IMG/VR virus record: IMGVR_UViG_3300014204_000174 | Span: 7,160-71,159 of that record | DNA: 64,000 nucleotides | Reading direction: 5' to 3' (one strand) | Source: a virus | Taxonomy: Duplodnaviria; Caudoviricetes | Shown: positions 26,433-36,308 of the stretch, in pieces | Position numbering within the stretch: position 1 is the stretch's first letter | Layout: each line of letters starts with the position of its first letter | The notes under the pieces: model-generated | Databases searched by the model: none | Told to the model about the DNA's origin: nothing | Seen by the model: the letters and a program-made list of their open reading frames with translations, nothing else | Made by a program: the position numbers and the translations under genes

Positions 26433-27950
26433 TCATATTAATGATTTTTCTATATGTTCTATGGTAAATCCATTTGCAGAATATATCTTCGATCGTTCGA
26501 AGTAATGGTTCATAGCATAATTGTTCTTTTTCTTCCATTTCATATTATCTACAATATCCCATACCCTTGCGAAATCCTTGGATGGATGAAGTCTTAGTGA
26601 ACGTCCTATAGACTGAAGAACTTTTATTTCTGCCTTTGTAGTACTAGCGAAAACTAGATTATGTAGGTTCTTTATGTTTATGCCTGTAGAAAAAGTTCCA
26701 TATGAACATACTGCTACAACTCCATTTCCAAGTTCCATAGTATCTCTAACATTTTCTCTATCTGAAACACCAACAGAACCGTCTACATATAATACTTTTA
26801 TTCCAAGTTTTTCAAGGTCAGTAACTGTTCTTTTTCCAAATTCTATTCGTTTAAACAATACTAAAGCATTCTCTCCAGAATCAGATATCTTTTTTACTAA
26901 AGATGATAAAAAGTCTGCTCTATTTTTAGATTGGTCTATAAAATTCATTTCAGCTGGATATGGTAATCCATTTACAGATCTACAATCTTCATCTGAATAA
27001 AGAAGATTTATTACTTCTATTTTAAGCTTAGAAATATACCCTCTATCCATAAGTTCTATTGTATCTATATACTTAACTGGGTCAGAAAACATTCCAGCGA
27101 GAGTCCAAGCTGAACATGGATCATTGCTTCCAAGTGTTCCAGTAGTTCCCATTCTTAGCCAAGCATTAGAACAATTTCTAATAACATTCTTTACTTTATT
27201 TGCAGCAAACTGGTGAACTTCATCGGCAAAGATTGCATTTACAGAAATAAAGTCGCTAATTGGACGTTTATAAAGAGACTGCCATGTAGATATAACTATT
27301 CTTTTATCAGTATTCATTCTATCTCCACCATCAGGAGAACCAGAATAAACTCTATGACAGTATTTTTCTGAATTGAATCTATAACTCTCAAAGTCTCTAT
27401 ACATTTGTTCGACAAGCTGAGTAGTTGGAACAACTATTAAGCATTTAGAATTTTTATCTATTATAGACAAAGCATATCTGATTGCCATGTATATTACTAG
27501 AGACTTTCCAGAAGCAGTCGGTGATTCAGCAAGTATATGATTTTTTTGAATAAATTTAGCAAGATACTTATATTGATAATCTCTAACTTCTAATTCTGGT
27601 GGAAGTCCAAGACCATCTACAAAGTCAGTAATAAGATCTGAAACTTCTGATGGAGTTAAACCTGAAAAAGAATTTATGTTTACTCCAGGTTCTAATTTTA
27701 AATCATATCCCATTGCTTTACTGAATCTTTTTAATTCACCTAGAAGTCCAGATGGAAGAATGCAATTTTTTCTGTCAAAGAAATAGATTTTTCCATCCCA
27801 AACATGTCTTTTAAATCTAGGATCGTAAATAAAATTTGGAGCATACTGACTAAACCATTGCGATAAATTTCCTTTTAATTCAGCTAAACTAGCTTTATCT
27901 GTTTGGATTAAAAGTTCGAATTGGTTTATTCTTGAAACCTCTACTACCAA
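26433..27950 (-). CDS. uvsW: SF2 DNA helicase UvsW
   Basis: WDGKI, SPTASGKS, ADEVH, TGTL, FSTGINIKNLHN, LQSIGRSLR; TTG start after GGAGG. Confidence 0.95.
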   Translation of the reverse strand: MVVEVSRINQFELLIQTDKASLAELKGNLSQWFSQYAPNFIYDPRFKRHVWDGKIYFFDRKNCILPSGLLGELKRFSKAMGYDLKLEPGVNINSFSGLTPSEVSDLITDFVDGLGLPPELEVRDYQYKYLAKFIQKNHILAESPTASGKSLVIYMAIRYALSIIDKNSKCLIVVPTTQLVEQMYRDFESYRFNSEKYCHRVYSGSPDGGDRMNTDKRIVISTWQSLYKRPISDFISVNAIFADEVHQFAANKVKNVIRNCSNAWLRMGTTGTLGSNDPCSAWTLAGMFSDPVKYIDTIELMDRGYISKLKIEVINLLYSDEDCRSVNGLPYPAEMNFIDQSKNRADFLSSLVKKISDSGENALVLFKRIEFGKRTVTDLEKLGIKVLYVDGSVGVSDRENVRDTMELGNGVVAVCSYGTFSTGINIKNLHNLVFASTTKAEIKVLQSIGRSLRLHPSKDFARVWDIVDNMKWKKKNNYAMNHYFERSKIYSANGFTIEHIEKSLI

Positions 27951-27954
27951 CTTA

Positions 27955-28190
27955 TCCTCCGTTGGTCCGCCAGGACCGTGCCCACTAGGGCACCGTTTAG
28001 TGTTACTACGTTCAAGCTTCCTTTATAATATTAAACTCAGATCTATTTATTCAGTATTTAATCAGTTAGCTGGCGGGTTATATTTAATCAGTTCCCTAGC
28101 GGGAACAACCCTGGCGGGTTATATTTAATTCTTTTATAATACTGTGGAGCGACAGCGGAACGTTTCTGTCCATTATTAGCAGTACCTGTA
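27955..28190. repeat. non-coding region with direct repeats and short GC hairpins (candidate origin or regulatory leader)
   Basis: 19-nt CTGGCGGGTTATATTTAAT x2; hairpins GGTCC-GCCA-GGACC, GTGCCC-ACTA-GGGCAC, TTCCC-TAGC-GGGAA. Confidence 0.55.
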
Positions 28191-28192
28191 AA

Positions 28193-28221
28193 TATTTATT
28201 ATCCAAAAATCACTTTGTCAA
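28193..28221 (-). promoter_or_regulatory. class II promoter
   Basis: TTGACA-N17-TAAATA. Confidence 0.6.
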
Positions 28222-28228
28222 CTGTTTT

Positions 28229-28726
28229 TTACATTTTTTCAACATTTATTTCAGTTGTTTCAAAAATACTGGTAAATTTAATAGGAGTTGCAGTTGATGA
28301 TGATGTAGTCAGATCTATTGATGATAGAGAAGTTGGAAAACAGTTTGATAAAATTATTTTTCTTACTGGTCTTTTACTTAAATCATATTGGACTATTACT
28401 ATTTCTGTAACAAGATCATCGTCTTTTTTGGTCCGGTCAGAGTACGATTTTATCCATTCGAAGACTTCAAAATAGTTGGAGTAGTCCTCCTGGCAGTTGA
28501 AAGTTACCTGTATCGATTCTCTGACCGGATCCATAGATCTATTTGGAACTGGAATAAATTTTATAGTTTGTCCACCTTGATTTACTTTTCTTGATTCTAT
28601 AGACACACCTGGTTGAACTACTGCTACAACTCCAAAATTTAAAGTTGGTCTTTTTGAGAATGTAACAGTAAAATTATTCTCAATAGCAGTATTCATTAAT
28701 TGTCCAGATGTTTGATTATCAGACAT
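28229..28726 (-). CDS. tail tube terminator/completion protein (T4 gp3-like)
   Basis: Tube-fold pattern: PGVS...VTF...EDYSNYFEVFEWI...NCFPTSLS. Confidence 0.65.
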   Translation of the reverse strand: MSDNQTSGQLMNTAIENNFTVTFSKRPTLNFGVVAVVQPGVSIESRKVNQGGQTIKFIPVPNRSMDPVRESIQVTFNCQEDYSNYFEVFEWIKSYSDRTKKDDDLVTEIVIVQYDLSKRPVRKIILSNCFPTSLSSIDLTTSSSTATPIKFTSIFETTEINVEKM

Positions 28727-29204
28727 TTATATTTCTCCTATCTATAACTGTATATGTTTTTCCTATACCCTTAAGCAGTTCACATTTTTTATTTTTCTTC
28801 TGAGAGCAATTAAAAGAAAGATGAACAAAATTCTGCTTTGGATAAAATATGATTTGTCTTACAGGGAGTTTCATTTCCCATGCTATCCTAGCTATTGATT
28901 CAGGACCTTCTTTTAAACATTTTTCACAAGTTGTATCAGCAGCAGCTCCAAACATATGATCAGAAGTTTTAGAACCGTTTATAACAGTATTTAGTTCATC
29001 TGTTCTAATTCCAGAATTTATATCCAAAGATTCACCAAGTTCTATTCTAAATGGTTGAAGAATGGTTCTAACTAGTATTCTAATGTTTTCTATTACCCAT
29101 TCTTCTGGCTGCATCTTTTCTGCTATATTTCTATGATCAGCAGAAACTAAGAATTCATACATCCAAAAATTTTCTGAAATTTTTTCATTTTTATCTATTG
29201 ACAT
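28719..29204 (-). CDS. peptidase M15 (Zn D-Ala-D-Ala peptidase), probable endolysin
   Basis: SGIR...LN...SDHMFGAAAD...FVHLS. Confidence 0.8.
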   Translation of the reverse strand: MSIDKNEKISENFWMYEFLVSADHRNIAEKMQPEEWVIENIRILVRTILQPFRIELGESLDINSGIRTDELNTVINGSKTSDHMFGAAADTTCEKCLKEGPESIARIAWEMKLPVRQIIFYPKQNFVHLSFNCSQKKNKKCELLKGIGKTYTVIDRRNINV

Positions 29205-29226
29205 TTTGACTTCTCCGTGATAAATA
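29198..29226 (+). promoter_or_regulatory. class II promoter
   Basis: TTGACA-N17-TAAATA. Confidence 0.6.
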
Positions 29227-29278
29227 ATAATAAAAGGTATTAGATTTAAATGTATTTATTCTTGTCTGGAGGAAAATT

Positions 29279-29521
29279 TTGGAAATATGTATGAATTGTA
29301 TTGAATTTAGTAAATGTGCTCATATGGGATTTTTTGGATCTTGTTCTGAATTTTTTAGAAGACTTGCTTATCCTCCTAAAAAATGTTTAGATTGTAAAAA
29401 GTATAGTTTTAATAAAGAATCTAATGAATGGAAATGCGATGTTAGTGGAAAGAAACCTGGTGACGAAAACTACTATTGTGATGGAGAAAGTTTTGAAAGA
29501 GAAAATAGATTCGATAGATGA
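29279..29521 (+). CDS. small Cys-rich protein
   Basis: Multiple CxxC. Confidence 0.45.
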   Translation: MEICMNCIEFSKCAHMGFFGSCSEFFRRLAYPPKKCLDCKKYSFNKESNEWKCDVSGKKPGDENYYCDGESFERENRFDR

Positions 29522-29789
29522 TGATCTACTTTTATCTGCAACCGAACGAACAAATATTCCAGAATGGGCTAATGAATCTGATATTAGATTTGTAGACTTT
29601 AATCAGGGTTCTGTAGATAAGTTGGTAAAGTCTGAAAAAAGTAAAAAAGAATTAGAAAAATGTTTGTCAGTTTTTCTAAAAATGATGTCAGATAAACATG
29701 CTTCTCATATATCTGGAAAAGAAATTAAGATATGTGTATTTGGTAATACACGTCATCCAAGATATATTTTTGCTATGGAGAAAAAATGA
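29424..29789 (+). CDS. hypothetical protein (true start probably about 29499)
   Basis: ORF track. Confidence 0.5.
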   Translation: MNGNAMLVERNLVTKTTIVMEKVLKEKIDSIDDDLLLSATERTNIPEWANESDIRFVDFNQGSVDKLVKSEKSKKELEKCLSVFLKMMSDKHASHISGKEIKICVFGNTRHPRYIFAMEKK

Positions 29790-30781
29790 AATCATGTGTT
29801 ATTGTTACTGGAGGCGGCGGAAGAGCTGCTAAAGATTTTATGTGGCTTCATAAAAGAGAGGGAGATGAGAGGTTTATTTCACCGTCTGAAGCTAGGCTTA
29901 TCTTCTTCTCAAAAGAGAATTGTGATGTCACTTCTGTACTCTCTATACTCAAAGCTGCTGAAGAGTGCAAGAAAAAAGACATGAAAGTAGAAGCTATTCT
30001 TAACCTTGCTGCTTTCACTGACGTAGACAGGTTTGAAGATAGTCCAGAATATTGTTCTGCTGGAAGATGCGTTAATGGTTTATCAGCGTACTCTATTCAC
30101 GCTGCATCTAAAGAGCTCGGAGATATACCTGTAGTGCATGTATCTTCCGAGTACGTACTAAGAAGAAAAGCTTCTTTGAAACCATACTTTGTTTCAGAAA
30201 AAGAAGATATATCTAAGCCAGCATATACTAAGTACGGTGAATCTAAGAGAATGTTTGAGAAGACAATGAATGAGTTAGGCACAAGAGGAACTATAATAAG
30301 AACTTCTGGCTTGTATTCATCTGGTTACTCGAGTCCTATAAACGTTCCATTAAACTACATTCTTGGTGAAGACAAAAACTGGATGACTGCGTTCTCAGAT
30401 TGGTACTTTTCTCCAACGTCGTCTGCTGAACTGTTTTGTGCTGTAAGTCAGGTACTCAGGATGATAGTAAAGACATGCACTACACCACCGAGACTAATAA
30501 ATGTTTCTTGTGGAGTAGCAATAACTAAGTACGAGTTTGCAGTATCGATGATAAGTAGAATATGTGAGATAACAGAGATAGATGTAGACATAAAGATAAG
30601 TCCAAGAAATATATCAGAGATAAAAGACTTGAAGAGACCATTTGGACTTTGTTTATCTACAGAACTTTTAGAAAATAAATTTAAGTTTTTTGATAAGTCT
30701 TCTAGATGTGATATGATAGATATGGTATTAGAAAGAGCAGTAAATAGATATATAGATGGATATGATAAAGCCAGTAATTAA
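29786..30781 (+). CDS. dTDP-4-dehydrorhamnose reductase-like SDR (RmlD-like, divergent)
   Basis: VTGGGG, NLAAFTDVD, HVSSEYV, YGESK, IIRTSGLY, FSPTS. Confidence 0.75.
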   Translation: MKSCVIVTGGGGRAAKDFMWLHKREGDERFISPSEARLIFFSKENCDVTSVLSILKAAEECKKKDMKVEAILNLAAFTDVDRFEDSPEYCSAGRCVNGLSAYSIHAASKELGDIPVVHVSSEYVLRRKASLKPYFVSEKEDISKPAYTKYGESKRMFEKTMNELGTRGTIIRTSGLYSSGYSSPINVPLNYILGEDKNWMTAFSDWYFSPTSSAELFCAVSQVLRMIVKTCTTPPRLINVSCGVAITKYEFAVSMISRICEITEIDVDIKISPRNISEIKDLKRPFGLCLSTELLENKFKFFDKSSRCDMIDMVLERAVNRYIDGYDKASN

Positions 30782-30861
30782 ATTACTGGTATAGGCAGAC
30801 CATAAATCAATAACGATTCCAGAATGGTCTGGCTGGAATCAGAATTATAGGAGATACAAAA

Positions 30862-31764
30862 ATGTTTCATCATGAAATGGTTCTTAGTGTAAAGTACAAT
30901 GGTAAATTTGTTTCAGAGAATCCACCAGGTGAAGTTAAACTATCATTTGAATCTGAGTATTCTTTGTTCATCAAGAATAAGAATCCAAGAAAAGCTTTGA
31001 TTGAAGAGATCCTGGTAGATGGAAAGAATGTTCTTGATGGTAAAAAACTTATCGTTGGTGGAAATAGTCATATTGAACTAGAAGGGTTCGTAGATTCCTC
31101 AAAAAATACAATTTCAAATAAATTCAGATTTGTAAAAGCTTCTAAATCTGGATCTGGTGAAACTGGACCTGAGAATGGAACTATCACAATTATTTTTAAG
31201 AGGGAAAAGGAAAAGAAAGAAATAGACATTGTAGAGAATTTTAAAGTGAATTATTATCCTGAAAGATATCCAATATTTCCAAAGTATCCAACAATTCCTA
31301 GTACATGGTTCAAAACTTATACCAATTGTTCTGATATTATAACTGATACATTTATTGGTATTCGTCCAAGAGGTACTTATTTTTGTTCTTCTTCATCTGA
31401 TAAAGTAACAGATTCATCTGGTAAGACTACAACTTCTTACCAATTCTCTGATTCTAAGGGAATAAATTATTCTCTTGTAGATCATTCAGCTTTGAATGAT
31501 GAAGGAAAGACTGAGAAAGGTTCTGCTTCAGACCAATCATTTACACTTGGATTTATAGGAGAACTTGAACAACAAAGTCAGTCGATGACTATTACTATAA
31601 AAGGTATAGTCTATGATAAGATTTTAAATCCAGTTTATATTCCTGAAAAAGCATTTGATGAATCAAAAAAAGCCACAGCTGGATTATTCTGCACTGAATG
31701 TGGAACAGAATGTGAATATGATGATAAGTTCTGTAGAAAATGTGGTAAACCACTGAAGAAGTAA
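30862..31764 (+). CDS. conserved phage protein with C-terminal double zinc ribbon
   Basis: SEYSLFIKN...VDGKNVL...KFRFV; CTECG...CRKCG. Confidence 0.6.
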   Translation: MFHHEMVLSVKYNGKFVSENPPGEVKLSFESEYSLFIKNKNPRKALIEEILVDGKNVLDGKKLIVGGNSHIELEGFVDSSKNTISNKFRFVKASKSGSGETGPENGTITIIFKREKEKKEIDIVENFKVNYYPERYPIFPKYPTIPSTWFKTYTNCSDIITDTFIGIRPRGTYFCSSSSDKVTDSSGKTTTSYQFSDSKGINYSLVDHSALNDEGKTEKGSASDQSFTLGFIGELEQQSQSMTITIKGIVYDKILNPVYIPEKAFDESKKATAGLFCTECGTECEYDDKFCRKCGKPLKK

Positions 31765-31771
31765 ATTTTTT

Positions 31772-31810
31772 AATTGAGTGGCAGATTTAAACTGTCTGCC
31801 ACTCAATTTT
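31772..31810 (+). terminator. intrinsic terminator
   Basis: AATTGAGTGGCAGA/TCTGCCACTCAATT plus T-run. Confidence 0.75.
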
Positions 31811-31814
31811 CCTA

Positions 31815-31843
31815 TTGACATTTCAAATGTGGTGTATTATATT
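31815..31843 (+). promoter_or_regulatory. class I sigma70-like promoter
   Basis: TTGACA-N17-TATATT. Confidence 0.8.
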
Positions 31844-31893
31844 ATAATTAAGATACAGATAGGTAAAATGCTATAAACATTGGAGATTGAGAC

Positions 31894-33210
31894 ATGTCAG
31901 AGTGCAGAGAAAAAATGAATCATTGGTACAGTGAGTACAAGAGGAAGACAATATTCGACCGAGCTGTTCCGAATATTATGGATGGATTGAAACCAGTCCA
32001 AAGGAAGATTCTCTTTACTGCTTTGAACAATCTGTCTTCTGGGAAAGCAATGAACACCGGTGCTTTTTCAGGAACCGTCAAAGCTGAAGCAAACTACCAT
32101 CATGGTGATTCATCTCGTGATGGAGCTATCATAGCTTTGACATCCACCTTTTCCAATCAAGTTCCAATGTTTGTTGGAGAAGGAAATTTTGGTTCAAGGA
32201 TTGAGAATGCTGCAGCTGCTACAAGATATACATCAGTAAAACTGAATCCTGAATATTCGAAATACCTTGTCATGAAGGAAATTCTTCAGTTCACTCCACA
32301 AGATGATAATAATGAGTATGAACCAGATTACTATCTTTTCTCTATACCAATCGTACTTGTAAATGGAATATCTGGAATCGCAGTCAGTCTGAAGACAGAT
32401 ATTCTTGGTTATTCTGTTACTGATATAAAGAATAATGTAAAACGAGTTCTTTCTGGTAAAAAACCAAAAAAGATGGTTCCCTACTTTCCAGAGTTTTCTG
32501 GAAAGGTAGTTGAGATTGATGAAAATGTTTCTGGTTCATGGTCTCAGATTGGTATTGTAAAGAAGGAAAGTTCAACTCAACTCAGAATAACAGAGATTCC
32601 TACATGTTATGATAGATCAAAGTATATCTCTGTTCTTCAGAGTATTAAGGATAAAGGAATAATTTCCAATTATGATGATGAGTCTACCGAAAATTTTAAT
32701 ATTTCAGTTTCAGTTACTCGGAAACAAATGGAAAAATTGGAAAGTTATGGAATTGAAAAAGCTCTTGGACTTATTCATAAAGTTCGAGAGGGTATAAAGG
32801 TTCTTTCTAAAGATGGAGATAAAGTTCTTGAATTTTCATCTCCTGAAGATCTTATCGTTGAATATGTTGCTTTATTCCTTGATAGAATAAATCATTTTAT
32901 CTCAGCAAAGTCTTTTGAGTATAAAGATTTAGTAAAAGCTATGGAAGAGAAAATACTTTTCTCGGAGTTTGTATCTTCCGGAATAGATTTTACAAAAACG
33001 TCTGCTAAGAAACTTGCAGAGGATGCTGCTGCTGAAACTGGTATAAGCTTTGAAAGAGCAAAGCAACTTATATCCAGTATGACCCTGCTTTCTATAACAA
33101 GTGAGTCTATTGAGAAATACAGAGAACAACTAAAAGAACTTCAATCTAAGTTTGTTTATTATACAGAAGAAGCTACTCCTGAGAATGTTTACTTAGGTAT
33201 GCTTGACTGA
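31894..33210 (+). CDS. type IIA DNA topoisomerase small subunit (T4 gp52-like)
   Basis: DGLKPVQRKIL, YHHGDSS, GNFGSR, AATRY catalytic Tyr, LVNGISGIA. Confidence 0.95.
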   Translation: MSECREKMNHWYSEYKRKTIFDRAVPNIMDGLKPVQRKILFTALNNLSSGKAMNTGAFSGTVKAEANYHHGDSSRDGAIIALTSTFSNQVPMFVGEGNFGSRIENAAAATRYTSVKLNPEYSKYLVMKEILQFTPQDDNNEYEPDYYLFSIPIVLVNGISGIAVSLKTDILGYSVTDIKNNVKRVLSGKKPKKMVPYFPEFSGKVVEIDENVSGSWSQIGIVKKESSTQLRITEIPTCYDRSKYISVLQSIKDKGIISNYDDESTENFNISVSVTRKQMEKLESYGIEKALGLIHKVREGIKVLSKDGDKVLEFSSPEDLIVEYVALFLDRINHFISAKSFEYKDLVKAMEEKILFSEFVSSGIDFTKTSAKKLAEDAAAETGISFERAKQLISSMTLLSITSESIEKYREQLKELQSKFVYYTEEATPENVYLGMLD

Positions 33211-33242
33211 AATTATTTAATATGGGATGAAGGGAAGAGAGG

Positions 33243-33482
33243 ATGGCACATAGCTTTAGTGCTTTATCAGGAATGCTTTCTGCAGCAGATAATTCATACA
33301 TCGTTGCTACTGTGATGTATATTACTGATGTTCTTGATATTGAAATAGAGGATTTCGATGTTAAAGATTTACCAAAAGAATGGGTCGATTGTATAGCTGA
33401 AGAAGCTAGAAAAAATAAACTTTTAAGAGATGATGGAAAAAAGTTTAGTATATTTTCTATAATTGATGGAGAAGCTAAGTGA
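33243..33482 (+). CDS. late-transcription coactivator (gp33-like)
   Basis: Size, Y...V...IEIE...EEA...LL pattern; 33-59-32 synteny. Confidence 0.65.
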   Translation: MAHSFSALSGMLSAADNSYIVATVMYITDVLDIEIEDFDVKDLPKEWVDCIAEEARKNKLLRDDGKKFSIFSIIDGEAK

Positions 33483-34060
33483 GATATACATCTCAGCAGG
33501 CTTTTGGGCTTCTTATGTCCACAAGTATGTATTTTACTCCATTTAAATGGAAGGTTTCTCCAGTTCCATGTGTTTATAAGGGAACACCAAAAAATCGTTT
33601 ATACATGGCTAGAAAGAAAACACTTGAACATGTTGTTTCTTTGTATTATCCACAAGATGTAGATTCATTAGTTTATGGAATGTTTCTTCAAACATCCAAT
33701 CCTATGGATATAGCAGGTGCAGAATGGTCTAAGTGTATACAGATATGGAATCATACTAAAAATAAATTATCAAACATAGCAAAAAGTTGTTTCCAAAATG
33801 AAAAACCGGTAATAAATAATATTTTAGACGGTAATACTATTGATTTTAGTATTGAAAAGATTAAGAGCAAAGCTGAAGAAATTGGCTTTGCAGAGATTTC
33901 ATCTGAAATTGTGTTGGGAGGTGGTTACGATGCTCTAATAAAGTTGAGTTCGGAGACTAGGTCTCTTGAGAATTTTGAGACTTATTCACGACTCTTTAGG
34001 CATTTACAATTACTTAAATTGGTGAGCAGAGAAGAAGAAAAAACAGAAAAAAGAAAGTAG
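33479..34060 (+). CDS. helicase loader (gp59-like)
   Basis: Mainly synteny (between gp33 and gp32) and size. Confidence 0.5.
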   Translation: MRYTSQQAFGLLMSTSMYFTPFKWKVSPVPCVYKGTPKNRLYMARKKTLEHVVSLYYPQDVDSLVYGMFLQTSNPMDIAGAEWSKCIQIWNHTKNKLSNIAKSCFQNEKPVINNILDGNTIDFSIEKIKSKAEEIGFAEISSEIVLGGGYDALIKLSSETRSLENFETYSRLFRHLQLLKLVSREEEKTEKRK

Positions 34061-34066
34061 AGAAAA

Positions 34067-35086
34067 ATGAGCGGATCCAGAAGTGTAATGAACAAAGTAA
34101 TGTCGAATATTAAGAAAGTTCAAGAAGCAGTAAATAGTAAATCATCAAGTGGTGGCGTAAAAGATGATACTTGGTGGTCTCCTCCGTGGAATGATACAAA
34201 GAAATCCGGTTCAGCAGTTATAGCATTTCTTCCCTTTAAAGATTTATTCGAAGATGAAGATTCTGGTGAATCTTCGCCATTCATTCCAATGCATGTTCAT
34301 GCAAATATGATTGGTACAGGTGGAAAGAAGTACTGGGGAGTTATGTGTCCTAGTGCTGATGTTGAAGGTTCTCAGGATTCATGTCCTATCTGTTCAAAGT
34401 TCTTTGAATTATGGAATGAAGGAGATTCTGGAAAAGAAATGGCAAGAAAGCTTTCTCTCAATCGTAAGAGAAAGTTTGGTGGAAATATTGTAGTAATTAA
34501 AAACGATATGAGTCCAGATGAAGTCGGAAAAGTCTTCAAATGGAATTTCGGTGTTGCTATTCAAGAAAAGATCGTTAGCAAAATTGCTCCAACAGAAGAT
34601 GATGATGAGCCAATTTTTATTCATTCTATATCATCTCCTCTTTTGTTCAGACTTAAGATCAAAGAAAAGGGTGGATATCGTAACTTTGATGATTGTGAAT
34701 GGGCTCCACAATCAAATAAATCTTTAGCTGATCTTTTATGGAATGAAGCTAAAGGAGCAAATGACGATGAAAAGGAAGCTTGGGAAGATGAACATATTAT
34801 TTCTAAGCTATTCTATGTTAAGGATTTTGTATCCCCTGAATCATTCAAAAGTCAGGAAGAGATGCAGCGGATAGTTGATGATGTGATGGCTGCTTATAGG
34901 GGAAGTTCCGCTAAACCTCAATCTGAAGCACCTCATTCTTCTGTTCAAGTTGATAGTGTTAAAGCTCAAAAGCAGCAAGAACAAATTGGAGATCCTCTAG
35001 GAGAAGAGGATAAGCAAACTTCTAAAAATACATCAGAAGATGATGACGGATTCGATATCGATTCTGTTTTCGGTAAGGGAGAATGA
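34067..35086 (+). CDS. single-stranded DNA-binding protein (gp32)
   Basis: DDTWW, AFLP, H...C...CPIC Zn site, GKVFKWNFG, F.LKI, acidic tail. Confidence 0.9.
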   Translation: MSGSRSVMNKVMSNIKKVQEAVNSKSSSGGVKDDTWWSPPWNDTKKSGSAVIAFLPFKDLFEDEDSGESSPFIPMHVHANMIGTGGKKYWGVMCPSADVEGSQDSCPICSKFFELWNEGDSGKEMARKLSLNRKRKFGGNIVVIKNDMSPDEVGKVFKWNFGVAIQEKIVSKIAPTEDDDEPIFIHSISSPLLFRLKIKEKGGYRNFDDCEWAPQSNKSLADLLWNEAKGANDDEKEAWEDEHIISKLFYVKDFVSPESFKSQEEMQRIVDDVMAAYRGSSAKPQSEAPHSSVQVDSVKAQKQQEQIGDPLGEEDKQTSKNTSEDDDGFDIDSVFGKGE

Positions 35087-35832
35087 AAAATATGAAGAGT
35101 ACTGCAGAAGTTTGGAAGCCTACAACCGAACAAGTAGAATCGATGATTCTTTCATCTAGGCTTAGTAGTTTTCTTGTACTATCACCAGAAACAGAAGCAC
35201 TTACAGCTGTGAATGCTTTGGATGAGTCATTTACAGCGATGTTTATCGATACAAAATTTGGTAAATCTGTATCAACAAATAAAGCTCTCTTTCATAATAT
35301 TCCAGCAGTTCTTAAGACTGTGAAGTCTATCGGTGTTGGATCTGCTGAGTTTAGAATCAGTGAAGGAACTTTCGTCGTATCAGATGAATCATCAAGAGTA
35401 AAATGTAATTTTCAGTTCGCTAGTCCGACTATACTGAAGACAGTATTGTCTATGGTAGAAGATGAGAAGTATAAAGGTGTAGTCGAATTTATTGTTAAAA
35501 ATGATGAAGCAAGTTCTTTCAGTTTTCCTAAGTCTTTGTTCAATGATATAAAGACTTTCGGAGCTGGAGATTACAATACGATTGCTTTCGCAAAAGATAA
35601 GATCGTTCTTTATGATAACACTGGGTCTACAGATTTTAGTCAAAAGCCCAGTGTTGAGATAAAGCTGGAATCAGATTTGTTTAAAGAAGATAAAAGATTT
35701 GACTTGGGTGCTGAATTGTTTACTCTTCTTCCTCCAGCTGATTATAAATGTACTATTTCTCCTCCTGGCTATCTTCTTTTTGATGATAGTTTTGGAAAGA
35801 TGTTTATCCTAGCATCAAATATAAACGAATAA
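35083..35832 (+). CDS. probable sliding clamp (gp45-like)
   Basis: About 250 aa, beta-rich; upstream of clamp loader; weak sequence evidence. Confidence 0.5.
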   Translation: MKNMKSTAEVWKPTTEQVESMILSSRLSSFLVLSPETEALTAVNALDESFTAMFIDTKFGKSVSTNKALFHNIPAVLKTVKSIGVGSAEFRISEGTFVVSDESSRVKCNFQFASPTILKTVLSMVEDEKYKGVVEFIVKNDEASSFSFPKSLFNDIKTFGAGDYNTIAFAKDKIVLYDNTGSTDFSQKPSVEIKLESDLFKEDKRFDLGAELFTLLPPADYKCTISPPGYLLFDDSFGKMFILASNINE

Positions 35833-35853
35833 AATATTCGTTTATTAAGTAAT

Positions 35854-35887
35854 AAGGGAGTGGGAACTCTGCCCCCACTCCCTTTTT
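35854..35887 (+). terminator. intrinsic terminator
   Basis: AAGGGAGTGGG/CCCACTCCCTT plus TTT. Confidence 0.8.
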
Positions 35888-35902
35888 AAGGAGAATAAAA
35901 AG

Positions 35903-36262
35903 ATGTTCTTTATAATAGGATTTGATAATCTTGGAAAAGCAGATCAAAATTCAATCAGCCAAATGATACATGGATTACCAAGAGCTTATAAAGAAGCAAT
36001 AATGTTATATCCAATTGAGAAAATAAAAGCAACAATAATATACAAAAAAATAAATTATATTTCTGAAATAAACAATAGAAAAGATTCAACTCGATTTATA
36101 GTTATTCTTCCAAATAAAGAAGTATTGGATTTATCAAAAAGTGAAACTGAAAGTATGTTTATATCTGAACCTCTTGCGACATATGGTTTGAAAATTTATG
36201 AAACTGTATTTCCTACTCCAAGGGGTGAAATTGATTTAAGATGGCTTGAAAAAACTAGTTGA
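35903..36262 (+). CDS. hypothetical protein
   Basis: ORF track; AGGAG RBS. Confidence 0.55.
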   Translation: MFFIIGFDNLGKADQNSISQMIHGLPRAYKEAIMLYPIEKIKATIIYKKINYISEINNRKDSTRFIVILPNKEVLDLSKSETESMFISEPLATYGLKIYETVFPTPRGEIDLRWLEKTS

Positions 36263-36287
36263 CTTATATGAGTTTGAAGACTAAATA
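36259..36287 (+). promoter_or_regulatory. class II promoter
   Basis: TTGACT-N17-TAAATA. Confidence 0.6.
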
Positions 36288-36308
36288 GTTAAAAGGAGGA
36301 TTTAAAAG

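Noticed and set aside
27955-28190. CRISPR mini-array
   Set aside because: Only two 19-nt copies with partly repeated intervening sequence; no regular spacers and no cas genes in the window.
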